Program-made: the position numbers and the translations under genes | Shown: positions 26,730-40,454 of the stretch, one piece after another | Layout: each line of letters begins with the position of its first letter | Numbering within the stretch: the first letter of the stretch is position 1 | Source: Owenia fusiformis | Taxonomy: Eukaryota | Assembly (NCBI GenBank): GCA_903813345.2 | Contig: CAIIXF020000001.1 | Span: 46,500,001 to 46,564,000, forward strand | Direction of reading: 5' to 3' | Length of the DNA: 64,000 bases | Notes under the pieces: generated by a model | Database searches by the model: none | Seen by the model: only the letters and a program-made list of their open reading frames with translations | What the model was told of the DNA's origin: nothing

Positions 26730-27555
26730 TTGCTGTTGCACCACCGCAATTCCTCGGTCCCCGATTAATATGTTTGCACCATTGCAATGCGCTGGTCCCC
26801 AAGTGTTAATGTTGCACAACTGCAATACACTGGTCCCTAAGTAATATGTTTCCAACACTGCAATGCACTGGTCCTCAAGAGTTATTGTTGCACCGCTGCA
26901 ATACACAGGTCCCCAAGAGTTATTGTTACACAACTGCAATACACTGGTCCCCAAGTGTTATTGTTGCACCACTGCAATACACTGGTCCCCAAGTGTTATT
27001 GTTGCACCACTGCAATACACTGGTCCCCAAGTGTTATTGTTGCACCACTGCAATACACTGGTCCCCAAGTGTTATTGTTGCACCACTGCAATACACTGGT
27101 CCCCAAGTGTTATTGTTGCACCACTGCAATACACTGGTCCCCAAGTGTTATTGTTACACCACTGCAATACACTGGTCCCCAAGTGTTATTGTTGCACCAC
27201 TGCAATACACTGGTCCCCAAGTGTTATTGTTACACCACTGCAATAAAACACTTGGGGACCAGTGTAATTGCAGTCGTGCAACAATAACCTCTCGAAGACC
27301 AGTGTATTGCAATTGTGCAACAATAATGCTTGGGGACCAGTGTATTGCAGTGGTGCAACAATAACATTTGGGACAATTTGTATTGCAGCGGTGCAACAAT
27401 AACACTTTGAGACCAGTGTATTGCAGTGGTGCAAGAATATCACTTGGGGACCAGTGTATTGCAGTTGTGCAACAATAACACTCGGGGACAAGTGCATTAC
27501 AGTGGTGCAACAATAAAGCTTGGGGACCAGTCTATTGCAGAGGTGCAACAATAAC
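26730..27555. repeat. 38-bp tandem satellite that inverts at ~27246 (~13 forward + ~8 reverse copies)
   Basis: Unit CCACTGCAATACACTGGTCCCCAAGTGTTATTGTTGCA (e.g. 26969, 27007). After 27247 the reverse complement repeats. Confidence 0.95.
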
Positions 27556-28343
27556 TGTAATATATCACCTCCCAAATCTCACTGTTCGTGTAAGTTGTAA
27601 ATAATTAATAAACAATGCCGGCACTTTATCAATTATTAGCCTAATTTGCTTCTGGTCTATTGTGATTGCTAACAACTTTAATGCTGAGATAAGTGTTGTC
27701 CGGGGAGTTAAGATATGAATAATAACTTAAGGTGAAACATTTTCTGGTTTGCAGCTCTAAATGAGGTTTTAAAATAGAGTCCTAAATTTTGTGGATACAC
27801 TGCTTCTTGGATGGGGAAGAGTGTGACGGTGTTTAATACGCTCGTTGCAAGGTAAGCTTTCCCTGGCACTTGTTTGTTTGTTTCATGAGTGGAGAATGAT
27901 CATTGTATCAATGATGGGCTTATAATACACTTGCAGTTGTCACGTGACAATTCGCCAAGTCTAGGACGAACTTTCTTTGCAAGGTGAGGAGTAGTGTAAC
28001 ATTTTATTATTTTCTAGTGAAATTTAATCAAGTTTGCTGAGCGTTTGGAGATGAAAAGTGGAAGTACCAACTAGAGTATTAATGATCATAGTAATCAGAT
28101 AAAAGAGCTTATTATCAATTTATGATAAATCTGATATCCTTTGGAACACTAATTGCTTCCACTCAAACATAAACTAAAGCTTTATGTATTATAAATTAGA
28201 CCATTGACGTATAGACTCAACAATGTTATATGGGAGTCCCGTGATCATTTACTGCATTCAACTTTAGGGAATAAACATCTAATCTATTCTTTACATTTAT
28301 TATCACCATCGTCAACCCTTTCTAATGGTTTGATTTTGGATAT

Positions 28344-28549
28344 TCATAAAAAATGGTGTTCAAGATACACTACCCATGCAAATTATTTTTGCATCTTGGA
28401 AGCCAGGCAGTATCTGTGTGATTTTATAAAAATTCGGATATGTTCTTCAGATATGAGCCCCCCCCCCCCCTAAATATTGGGTGCGGAGGTACGTTTATGC
28501 AAAAATAATTTGTATAGATAGTGTACCTTGAACACCATTTTTTATGAAT
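28344..28549. repeat. MITE-like inverted repeat (~55-bp arms)
   Basis: ATTCATAAAAAATGGTGTTCAAGATACACTA / TAGTGTACCTTGAACACCATTTTTTATGAAT. Confidence 0.7.
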
Positions 28550-28886
28550 GCTGGGGACTCAGTATTAAAAGGATAATTTCAAAATATATAGGTCTGGGAA
28601 AGGTTTAAGGCACACTGCGTCGCTATAAAATGAATTGCGCTACTATTTTCACAATTGTATTGATATTTGGTGTCAAATACACATATCTTGGTATATTTGA
28701 AGTCCCAAAACGGCTTAGTTTCAGAAATATCCCAAATTTAAATTCAAAAATGACCGTTAGCTCCGCACCCTCCGCTCATTTGCTCCGCACCCAATATTTC
28801 CTACAGGCTCTGTCTGCATAGGGTGAACAATATGTCACTAATTTTTGGTGGTGACATAAAAATGAAACAAAAAAGTATGTACACGT

Positions 28887-29785
28887 CGCACGAAACTGGG
28901 GACAATTAGCGTAACATTATGGCGTCAAAAAAAACAAAACAAAACAATGAGCAGTATAGGGCGCAAACAGCCTTACAACGTCAAAAACGACAAGCGTCAC
29001 ATTTTTTACAAGTTTAGTCAACCTAAAAATAAAATACTTTATCCTTATCTAATCATTACAAAATTTACAGGGTAGCGAGATCTCGAGGACAATATTTCTA
29101 AAATGTTTTTGAATTTTGAAAAACGGTCAAGAAATCCACTTGGGGCGTTAGTAAAAATTGATATGTATGGAATTTGTGGTAAAAAATCGATGCGTCACAT
29201 TTTTTCAAGTCTCGAAAACCAGCTCTTATTTTGATATTATTTGCAAAATAAACAAACCGGTTATTGTTTTGTAAATTTCGCCATGACAATATTGTGCAGT
29301 TAAATTTTCTTTCAAATCAGACCTAAATTAGAAGGTTAAATGAAGGTAAACTTATTGCTCGTCCCATTCGCCTTCAAAACCTTACACAATTTTGAAAATT
29401 TTAAAAGCGTTCGTATAAGATAATTTGAAATGTAGCCGTTAAGCAATTGTGACGTCATAAATGCAAATGTTCCATTGAATAAATTGTGAAATTTAAGTGG
29501 GATTTTGATCATTATTTCAAAAGTTATCTCAATTTCAACGAGCCCTGTAAGCGTAAAGTGTTACGTCTTACAGCGTATTTGACGATGTCGGAGTATATTT
29601 AACTTTAAAAATGTGTTTGATCCCATTGGAATTTTGAAGGAAAAATAATTTCATTGAAATGCGAATAAAAAATACTTCAAAATGATATGTAAAACACATA
29701 GTTGGCTTTTTAAATAAGGCAGAGATTAACGTTCAAAGCTGAGATAAGCCCGCATTTCCCGAATTGTCCCCAGGTCCGTGCACGT
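28887..29785. mobile_element. Non-autonomous TIR element
   Basis: GCACGAAACTGGGGACAATT ... AATTGTCCCCAGGTCCGTGC. Confidence 0.45.
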
Positions 29786-32429
29786 CATAATGACGTTTTC
29801 GAAATATATATATTTCTTGTCAAAACCACAGCTATAATGGCTAATTATGAGGATTGGGGCGTTGCATATTTGTACAAGCATCATCATTTAGAATTAATTT
29901 GGTATCTTATCAGACTTTGTTGTCTTGTTTTTAAATCGTCTTTTGGGCATACTCTCTCAATTTTTATGTCGCCACCTAACGCCGTGATTCTAAATGCCAA
30001 TAACCTTTGAGTCATTGCAAATATAACAAAAAACATTTGTTTTACTTTTCATTCTCCTTTCCATCCTTCGGTCATTGTAAATACCACTCCGGTAAGGAAT
30101 ACCCTTTAGATTTTTTGAATTGTCAATAGAATAACAAATTATTAAAATTTAGACAAATACAGCCCCGAGAAACGGCACCTAATTCGAACAAAATGTACCT
30201 TAAACAAATGAAATAACAAAATGATATAAAAATCAATTCTTATAATATGTCATCACAATTGATTTCAGTCGTGGATATTTGCTCCGAGATATAAAATGTT
30301 TTGTTAGATGGGCCGGGAGTAGACCTTTGAATCTGATAACCGCGATGACGTTAGCGTCGATGTCGAAATCCTAAAGGGACAGCTTGATTGCAGGTTATCA
30401 ATTAATTAATCAACATTTTTGCCCTAAAAGTTCATCGAGAATATCACTGACTTGACAAAGTAATTGCAATTTAAAGTTTGAATTTGAGGAGGATCGAACA
30501 TGAATGCCCTTTGGCAGAGTGTATTTTTGGTGATCGCCTCGTCTTTTTCTGAACAGAGAGCAAATTTCTAATTTTACCCACTGGCGGATCCAGAAGCTAA
30601 CAAGGGTGGGGGGGGGGCAAAATTTCAATTCAGTGAAAAAGTTTGAAAATTGAAGGCCCATTTTTGTTGCATTGGCGGCCTAAAAAAGGCCAAATTAGCC
30701 CAAAATGGGGGTAGCGGGCCTCGTGCCCCCCCCCCCGATCGTTATATTTCATCGTCTTGACAGGGTACAGATGGATTGTCAACAGGGTGATGTGTAAATT
30801 CCAGATTTCAAACAGAGTGCAGCAGCAAAGTTTCTCTAATTGATGCCGTGAAGTTACTTTCATATATGCCAATCGAACATTTTAGCTCATTCACTCAGAA
30901 AGAGCAAGTCCAGCTATTAAAGGATATTTCAAAGATATTAGTTTGAACCTTATTACACTAATAGTGCAATATTGTAGTTTTATAGTTGTCAATGATGCTC
31001 TCAGGACCTATATAATGCCTTGTCTATTTGAATGAACTTAGGTAAATGCATTTAATTTAATACATTATCAATGGAACTGCGTTTTATCGGTTTTTATTTC
31101 ATTCAAACATTTCACGACGGGATGATCTAAGCTTATTGGGAAAGCATTATTTTCCATTTCTATTGCACAATCGTTTATATTTTGCATAAAATAGATAAAG
31201 AATAGTACACATACTGTATATCTGTGTTTAAAAACAAAACCAGCTATTGTACAAAGTGACCCGAAAATACGGCCCATAAATAGAACCCTCTGTAACCTGA
31301 TTTCCTTTAATCAATTTGAGGGAATTACAGTAAACCAGAACTCCTCTCTAATTTTGAGACGTCTCCATGTGGACGCCTTTTCTGTCTCTTTTTAAATCTG
31401 TCAATAGGCTTCCCTTTTAGAATAACTCGAAATGTGAAAACCTGTCTATCTGAACACTTTTTGGTCGGTCTCAGTGACGTTCGGATTAGACAGGTTTTAT
31501 ACTCTCCTTGCATTGGCACGGGTGAACTTAAAAGCTATAAAACAAACGTGTCTGCTTGTTTGGCAAAGAAAATGTAGCCAAAAGTTCAAAAATAAACGAT
31601 GTAGTTGAAACATAATATTGATATATGGATTCAACACTTTTATATACTCAAGAAAAACAAAGATATTCTAAAAATAGTTTATTGCATTTTGGAGTCACCC
31701 TGTAATCCACATTAATAGCGTTGAGAAACGAAATTTAGAATTTGTCTTGCCAGTCTTCGGTTAAAACCACCATAGTCGGTGAGAACATGATGTAAATAGC
31801 CCAATAAAATCCATAAAACAAGATATTATTCCTATAACTCACAGAAGAAATTAATTAATATCCTATTTTAACATGCAATGTGACGATTTGTTTTAACATA
31901 AAAAAGGTATAGCAAAGTAAAATCGGAAACACGACGAAGAAAGCAATAAAATCATGAGTGCTCAAAGTAAGTCTGATGATTTCTAGTATAGCACATTCTG
32001 ATATATACATCTATAGACACTATCTGTTTTGCATAGACGTGGACCTTCAAGCTTTTTTGATTTCAAATACTACAAATTTCAAATACTGTAAGCGGGTTGA
32101 AATCTCATAGCCGTAGGCAGCGGGGGTTCGGTGGGTTCGAACGAACCCCCGGTCAGGATTTCCCAAAATATCATTTTGCGGAAAAATGCATATAACAAGA
32201 AACATTTAATTACTGTGCTATTTGAAAACTGTATATGAGCAGTAAATGAATTGATATAAATGTTATGGTGAACACGAGAGCCTTATTTTGTTAAAAACAT
32301 GTCATAGTGAAGTTACACTTCCCTCAAATCGTTTGGCAACCTTAGGCACGGGAGATTTAATTTTGGCAAGACCCCGGAGCATGAGATTCTACATTTAGAA
32401 ATAACAATAATTTCGAACAATTAACTTAA

Positions 32430-33257
32430 AGGCCCCGTGTAAAGTTTAAACCACTTTGGCTTATATTGTGGTCTTACCCAATGTTATCAAAGTGTGATAT
32501 GTGAAACTTTTTTTTAAATTTCAAAAAGTGGTTTTTGATAGACTTTTTGTTCCAAAATTTGTGAATTTATTTAAAACCAACTTTTAGAGGTCACTCATAT
32601 CTTCTAATTAGCCACAATTCATACCAATGCATAGCATTCATCCTCCCATGTTTTTTGCCGAAAAAATTAAGAAAATCGGTTGAAAAACAAGCGAAAAATG
32701 AACTTATCAGTGCATGAAAATGGTTCTGAGAAAAATGCATTTCAAAATTTTAGTTCTCATAGAAACCAATGGTACAATGATATCTAAAACATAATTTATT
32801 CTTCCTTTTAACCTGGTTAGACAATCAACATTGGTTTTTATGAAAATCAAGCATATTTAGAAAAGATTGACATCGAAAAAAAATTCAATTTTTTTCAAAA
32901 AGTTTTTGTTACCTTAGTGACATCACTAATGTTTCAAAATATTTTTGATAAGCTAAAACATTGAAGTGGCCCATTAAATATGACAATTTATTATTGAAAT
33001 AGTGTGTCTTTTGTTCAATCTTTGCATTGGTGTTTAAATGATAATCTTTTTTGAAATGCATTAAGAAATATTTGATGATTAAGAAATTTCAACTTTTTTG
33101 AAAAATGGCGGGAAATTTGAATATTTGGGAAATGAAATGCTCACAACTTTTTTTTCAAAAAAGAATTTTTGTTCAAAAATCTCTAAAATCACTTTTTAAG
33201 TCCTGACAAATAGTAAATGAATGATAAAAAAATATTTTCAAACTTTAGACGGGGACT
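32430..33257. mobile_element. Kolobok-like non-autonomous element
   Basis: TTAA-AGGCCCCGTGTAAAGTTT ... AAACTTTAGACGGGGACT-TTAA. A homologous copy lies in the opposite orientation at ~5040-5631. Confidence 0.75.
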
Positions 33258-34129
33258 TTAAAGGCTGCTTCTTCTCGGACAAAATAACCCATCTTGGGCA
33301 ATGGCTAAATCAGTGCTTTGAAGGAATTTTGTTTTAAGCCAGTTCTGGTCCAATACGAAGTTATTGAAGGTTATCGAAAACAATGCAGACATTTTTACAA
33401 CATTGACAAAAAAATATCTGGAATAGTCGTAATATTGATGAAACACATGTTCTTTCAAATGTGTAGGCCTACATCATTCTCGTTTTATTTCAATTAAAAT
33501 TTAAAATATTTCTTGGGACGTCCCTGGGGCTGGCAAGTCCCCGAAACCAATGCAATTGCGTTAAATAATTAAAAACGTTGCGAAATGAATTACTGTATTT
33601 AAAAGCGTAATCATTTATAAACACAAGCATTTGTTCACATTTATTCATCCTTTCATTTGTTCAGTATTTATTTACCCATCACTTTCCCAAAGAAAAATCA
33701 ATCATTGCAAAAAATGATTTTGTTTTTTTCAGATACACTCCATTCATCTAAGAGATTGTATAGAATTCAAATTGTTATCGTTCCAGTTAACTTGCTCTCC
33801 ATTTTTATGTTAATGTCATGATATGTTTAGCGAATAAATTACATAATAAAAAACATTGAAAATCATATGGTATTAATCTTCAAATAATGAAGGCCTAATT
33901 TGTTATCAAGCCGTCTGAACTTTTACAATATACGTTTAATATTCGAACAGTCGCTTGTATTTAATATATATGATTTGTATCCACCAAAACGTATTATCAG
34001 GAGTTGATCTGCTTCGGGGGACTAACGACTGAGCTCTGAGGACGTCCAAAGAAATATTTTTAACTTTTTAAAACAATACAACCGAGACCCACTTATCTGA
34101 ATAATAGATATTTTCATCAGTAATACCAT

Positions 34130-35577
34130 CCCAGCCTTTCAGTAGGTGATGTAGGTTCGAACCTAAAGCGAACCTAAAAGTGAATCCCACAATTTGCTGA
34201 CTACCTAAACGAACCTACAAAAAGTAGGTTCGCTTTAGGTTCGAACCTAATCTACCTAAAACACTTTAAAACTTGTAGGTAGTTTTAGGTTCGAACCCAA
34301 AGCGAACCTAAAAAACATAGTCATTCTTCAAGAGTTACCTAAAGCGAACCTAAAAATCTTAAATCTACCTAAAACACTTCAAACTTGTAGGTAGTTTTAG
34401 GTTCGAACCCAAAGCTACCTAAAGCTACCTAAAGCAAACCTACAAAACAGAAGTTCTGTCACAGCCACTAGGGGCGCTGATAGCAGGAAGTATCAATGCA
34501 TTGTGGGTATAATATTCAAACTAAAATCAGTTAGACAGGAAATTTGAAAATAGCCAGGAAAATGGGGAAATATGCTGAAATGACCATCACATCAGTGCTC
34601 ATTTACAAAGTACATGTAAGTAAGTGTACAAATGATCAATCAATATATTATTTTAACCTCTTGAATACCCAGAATGACGGATATATCTGTCACAGAATTT
34701 TTCACTAAAACTGCTCTAACTTTGGCAATTTTTATCCAATCTTCACAAATGATGTTTTAAAATGAATGTAATGGGTCTATGTTTACTATTCTTATGAAAT
34801 CAAACATCAACTGTTGTGTTTTTAGATGTAAATATCAAAAAAACTGGCAAAAAATAAACAATACTCTGGTTTCAAACCCTTTTTAGAGGCTGGTATTCAA
34901 GAGGTTAAGTGCTATAAAAGCATGCAATTATAAAATAGGAGGAATTTTAAATAAATGTACCTGAGTGAGAAACTAAGCATCAAAATGTGTGAGAAATAAA
35001 TAAACAGTTGACATATAGCCTATACAGTTCACAAGTTTGTAGGGTCCAGACACCTGGCTACCTCCAAAGGCCAGCTTAGGACCATCATTGTAAATAAATG
35101 TACTTGCGTGAGAATATATGCATCAAAATGTGTGAGAAATATATAAACAGTTCAAATCAACAAATCAAGTCACCCAGCTGCTGGGTGGTCTAAAGCCAAC
35201 CCAGCCCTTGGAAGTATTTACCTAATGCGAACCTACGTAGGTTCGCTTTAGGTAGTTTTAGGTTCACTTTAGGCGATGTTCAAATATGCTAATTAGATTC
35301 AGGTTCGCTTTAGGTGACCACCTAAAGTGAACCTATAATTACCTAGAGCGAACCTATAATTACCTAAAAAACCTACCTAGGTTCGCTTTAGGTAGTTTTA
35401 GGTAGTTATAGGTTCGCTTTAGGTGATCACCTAAAGTAAACCTAGACCTAATTAGCATATTTGAACATCGCCTAAAGCGAACCTACCAATGGAGTTTTTA
35501 TATGGGGAACTACCTAAAGCGAACCTAGAAATCCTAGTTAAATATATCACCTAAAGCGAACCTACTGAAAGGCTGGG
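34130..35577. mobile_element. Non-autonomous EnSpm/CACTA-like (animal CCC-type) element
   Basis: TIRs CCCAGCCTTTCAGTAGGT / ACCTACTGAAAGGCTGGG, 2-bp AT TSD, many subterminal ACCTAAAGCGAACCTA repeats in both orientations. Confidence 0.8.
34657..34904. mobile_element. piggyBac-like MITE nested in the EnSpm-like element
   Basis: TTAA-CCTCTTGAATACC ... GGTATTCAAGAGG-TTAA. Confidence 0.8.
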
Positions 35578-35579
35578 AT

Positions 35580-36215
35580 ACCTGCCAACCTACCGTATTT
35601 TACGGGAATCTACCGTAAAATTTTCGTTTTTCCGTAAAAACCATTTTACTATTTTCCCGTAAAAACGACCGTAAAAAATCTACCGCAGTTTTACCAAAAT
35701 CTACCGTAAAATATTTTATTATAATTCGATTTTTTCTATAAGAACGGCAGTGTTCAACTACCACATGTTCTACTGTAGTTATAAAACACTGAAATGTTCA
35801 AATTGTTAGTCTGTTTATGAAAGAGTTCCATGAATGCTGTGTTAGAAAAACATACTTAATTATTTGTTCATTGAAGTGTGTCAAAATCTACGCGAAATCA
35901 GTTTTTTAATCTACTGCAAAAAGTACTGCATTTTTTCAAAATGTACCGCAAAAACTACCGCATTTTTTTAATCTACCGTAAAACTAGGTCGCATTTTTCA
36001 AAATCTTCCGCAAAACTACAGTTTTTTCAAAAATCTACCGCAAAAACTTCATCATTTTTTCAAAATATACCGTAAAACTACCGCATTTTTCAAAATCTTC
36101 CGCAAAACTACCGTTTTTTTTAATTCTACCGCAAAAACGACCATATTTTTTTTAAACTCTACTGGAAAACGACCGTATTTTATGAAATCTTCCACAAAAC
36201 TACAGTTTTTCAGAA
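35580..36215. repeat. Degenerate minisatellite (AAAATCTACCGCAAAACTACCG-like), probably a hAT-like subterminal array
   Basis: Many TACCG(C/T)AAAA motifs following CCTGCCAAC. Confidence 0.7.
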
Positions 36216-39056
36216 ATTTATTGCATTATTTGAGGAACCCTAATGAAGGGGGGGGGATTTGTGAATAACATAAAAATAGAACCCCCGGTCACCAAATCCT
36301 GGCTACGCCACTGAATCTAAATAAAAAGTCGAGTCAGAGACATAGATCAAAAACAGGGCAGGCATATTCGAATTTCGAAAAACATCATCATCATCTCACT
36401 AATAGTTTTAGGGTAAGGCATTGTCCTTCATTCAGCCTTCGGGTATTTGGAAGCTTCAAATCAGAATGTTAGCCCATCGACTCGGCAAGGTAGACTAATG
36501 GCACTTGAAATCACGGTCAGTAATGATTGATTCAAGCTCTTCTACTGTTTTGGATGGCACTCTGGGGACAATGTGGTCTGAATCAACAGACTAATGATTC
36601 TAACAGAATGGTGCTTCGGAAGACACTCCAAATTAGTTCCAATACAATGGCCAACAGCACTTGTCTAGAACAGGATCGTGATCCATTGTCTGTTGTCTGC
36701 CAAGCGTGTAACATGCTTGCCCAGATCTCAATCTCAAGAGAAATATGAAATGAGATTCCCAAATACAATAACCCTCAAAATATTAAAAATCGAGATGAAA
36801 GTTCTTTCAAGGATGAAGAAATGAATTTCTTAGTAGGTTCTTTCAAGTTCGCACATTTCGTGAATCGTTAATTGAAGCATGCCTTGTGATATATAGCATT
36901 TCTATACAATTAATCACATTTAATGTTAAAACGTTGATGGTAATGGCAAGAGTCTCTCGCATGGATAATACAAAATTGCTGCCAACTTTTTGGGCCACTC
37001 TGTAAAACAATACCCGACGTACACTTTTAGTGCAACAGCATAATGACACTTTGGAACATTTCAATTCGATATTTTACTGCCTAATTCACCTGATTGGAAT
37101 CTGCTGAGAATTTTTCCCTCAAATATGCATACAAACTTTGTTCAGAAAATAATAACTAGCTGGTTATGTTATGCTGAAAGGAAAATTATTATCAGCTGAT
37201 GAGAATTAACTAAGTGGACTAGAGTATATTCGCATATCTGTTAAGTCTGCTAATGACATAATTGTTAACCTGGAGGGATGTTAAATATTGTAAATCATCT
37301 CAGACCCGGATATTATTATACCATCGAACGAAGTTCAGGGGATAAAGGCACATTCCATCCGTACGTCTGTACGTCCGACTGTCTGTGCGGGCAATAACTG
37401 AAATACCGTTCACCCAATATCGTTTATATTTCATATTTTATGCCCCATTGGACGACAAGTTCAATCATGGGCAGTAGGTACCCCAAAACAATGTGCAATC
37501 TGGATTGTTGCAATCTAACAATGTGAAAGTTAACATTGCCAAGCATCTCCTCTCAGAATGGCAACAATCTTAGCAATGTTGCAATGTGCAGATTGTTGCA
37601 ATGTGTGCAATCTGCAATATGAATATTGTTGCAATGTGGATTGTGCAATGTTAAAAATTGATATTATTATACGATATACACAATCTTTGTAATAGTAAAC
37701 TATTTAGATGGTTCCTCAATAGCAAATTTAATGTGCAATATAATGTGTACACTATTGGAGTCAGCTTAAGATTGGTGCAAGAATTTTAAATCTTTTATTA
37801 TGAACGTGCTGAAATATAGTTTTAATTACTTTCATTACTTTGTTTATTTTTTTAAGAACTCTCTCTTTTGAAGTGGGAGAGTTGTATGTAGTCCCCATGC
37901 TTTGCTTCATCGTATCATATGTTGTTAATGAGATGCTGTTTCATGTGCAGTCTCTCCCCAAAGTGATATCTGCTCATTAAGAAGAAATTAAATACTGTTC
38001 AAGATAATGAATATTAATTAACATGGCCAATACAGAGCCAGTTGGAGTTACAGTGAAATGTAAACTTATTCATCCATATATCATAGGTGTTAGTTGAAAT
38101 GAAGTCAATGTAAACATGTTCATATTTCTAAGTTGAAGGTTATAACATATCCAGGAAAAACAGTATATCTTTCACGATTCCTATCATCATACAGCAGACA
38201 ATTTGAGAGGCATGATGCCATTGCTGCATTTGATGATCTGGAAGCCCTTGGGTTGGGCAAGAAAGAATTATCCGCAGTTGTCTTCAGCAAAGCAAATGCT
38301 GACATCATGACTGGTGAGGAATTGTTAGATTTTTCTGACAGTTTGGCCAAGATTGATGGCAAACTCACAACATATGTTTAATGGAAAAGTATAATGAAGA
38401 AATTCGCTTCCTACCTAAGTTCCAGTATAAACGAAAATCAGTTGGCTTGGAAAATGGAGAAATGCAATAAAGACCATGAAATAAAGCAACATTTCAAAAA
38501 ATTCATGTTAACAGTTTTTGTCATGAATTACAGCTGATTCCTAAATGCTTTGAAAGCTCTGATTCAGACATTGAAATCAGTGTTTTACTTCACAGTGTCA
38601 GATGTGGTATTCAGTGCTCAACCGGGAACACCACTTGCAACTAATTAAGATTGTATTGTATCGCATTGTATTGTTATTATAGATAAATCATAAAAATCTC
38701 AGTCTGATTTATTTTATTTCTTATATTGAAAATATAATTACATGGGATGCAATGTAATGATAGCTTTTCCCAAACTTTTCCCAAACTGTTTGGATTTATC
38801 ATGTAATAAAATTTTGGCAAAAACATGTTATTCTGTTAATAATTTCAGATGTGAAGATTATGAAAATCTAAATATTATAAAAATATTATTCAACTTTTAC
38901 TCAATTAACCTTTCTATGACATACTTAATGGAAGATTATCCAATTAATTTGTTTACTCAGAACATGCTTAGTAATATGACCTAGTTAATAATTTAGCATG
39001 CATCAAATTGGCTATGTTTAGGAGCTCACAATTCAAGGTAAAAACATAACATACAG

Positions 39057-39251
39057 CATATTCTCTCTAATAAACGCACATATCTACTATATTTGATCGA
39101 TTTAAGGTATAGAACAGAGTATAGAAGTAAATTTTCACCTATTATCGCCCACCATCATAATTTTTTAGAATTCCCGGGGATTTAGCTGCTTGAAACCTCT
39201 CCCCCATGGGAATTTGCTAAGCGCACTGTGCGTTTAATAGAGATAATACGG
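39057..39251. mobile_element. pogo-like MITE
   Basis: CATATTCTCTCTAATAAACGCAC ... GTGCGTTTAATAGAGATAATACGG-TA. Confidence 0.55.
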
Positions 39252-39619
39252 TAATTGGAGTAAACCATGCCCCAAATAGTCCAGGAGTAAACAAATGAAA
39301 CAGAACAGATTATCCTTATGTTTCGGCTTGAAATTCTATATCTCTGCTCATATGAGTATACTGGAAGATAGAATATCTATCAGCTATTTCAATGTTAGAG
39401 CTTAGAAATTCCATCCGAAAAGGTTTTCAAAAGTTAATTACTTTAAACTCATCTCTAGTCTTTGATATCCTTTGAGAGGGGAATCCATTTAGGCCTATTC
39501 TATTTTCAAGATGACATCTGAATCCAAATTATTCACTGGAAATCAAATTAGTTTCAACTTTTGAAATGTGTGTTCTAACAATGGTCATTGTCTATCAAAA
39601 AATAAAAGTGTTACCAACA

Positions 39620-39900
39620 ATTGCCTGGTAAATTTTGATTTAACCCTTTACTTTGTGCCATTGTGGTGTACCAATGATAACCATGCATTTTCTTTTAAAA
39701 TGTCCACTGGTACAGAATGAAAGAAATAACCTCATCGCAGGTCTTCGTACTTACAATTTATGTGACTTGTTTAATAATTACAACTTGAATGACAAATTAC
39801 AATTTTTACTGTTTGGAAACACTAACCTGGATGCAACTATGAATGAAGAGCTTTAATTCATATTGTTAGCTATTATATACATACAAGTCTTGTTTTATTA
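39620..39900 (+). pseudogene. 3' remnant of a LINE ORF2 (C-terminal zinc knuckle)
   Basis: LCHCGVPMITMHFLLKCPLVQNER...FLLFGN matches the CxCG..HFLLxCP..R..LLFG pattern of LINE RT C-termini. Confidence 0.65.
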
Positions 39901-40454
39901 TCTATCTAGTAGTAATTTGACAAGTCCTTTTTTCTGCAATGACCGACTTATTTTTCAAGTTCCGTTAACATCCCGGCCCATGGGATAACCTTCAGGTATT
40001 TTGAAATAACCTAAACAAATTTTTCCTATTTCATTATCTAATATCTACATGCATATATAATATATATATTAAATTGCCGCTAATGTTGAAAAACCTTGGC
40101 AATTAGTAATTGTAATTGAATGTAAATGCTTATATTAGAAATAAATTGATAACATGAAAACCTTCAACAAAAAAAACAACAAAAAACCTTTACTGAAAGC
40201 AGGTGAGTGCACTCTGATCTGGTCAAAACTACAAATCCATCTAAAATCATGACATCTTGTATCTCCGTCTTCAGCCTTTTGTTGTTTACATTTAATTAAT
40301 AAGGTCTCTCTTGGATTGAGCCTTTGGACATCATAGAACTCAAAACCCACAACCATCCATTACGATACAATAACTTCCCTAGAAATACAATAGTTAAAAA
40401 TACTATTAAAATAAGATAATTCTTTTAAAATATTAATAAAAGCGGTACTGTGAG

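Noticed and set aside
26730..27575. Cys/His-rich ORFs and CRISPR-sized 38-bp repeat
   Set aside because: No spacers, and 38 is not a multiple of 3, so the ORFs simply cycle through frames.
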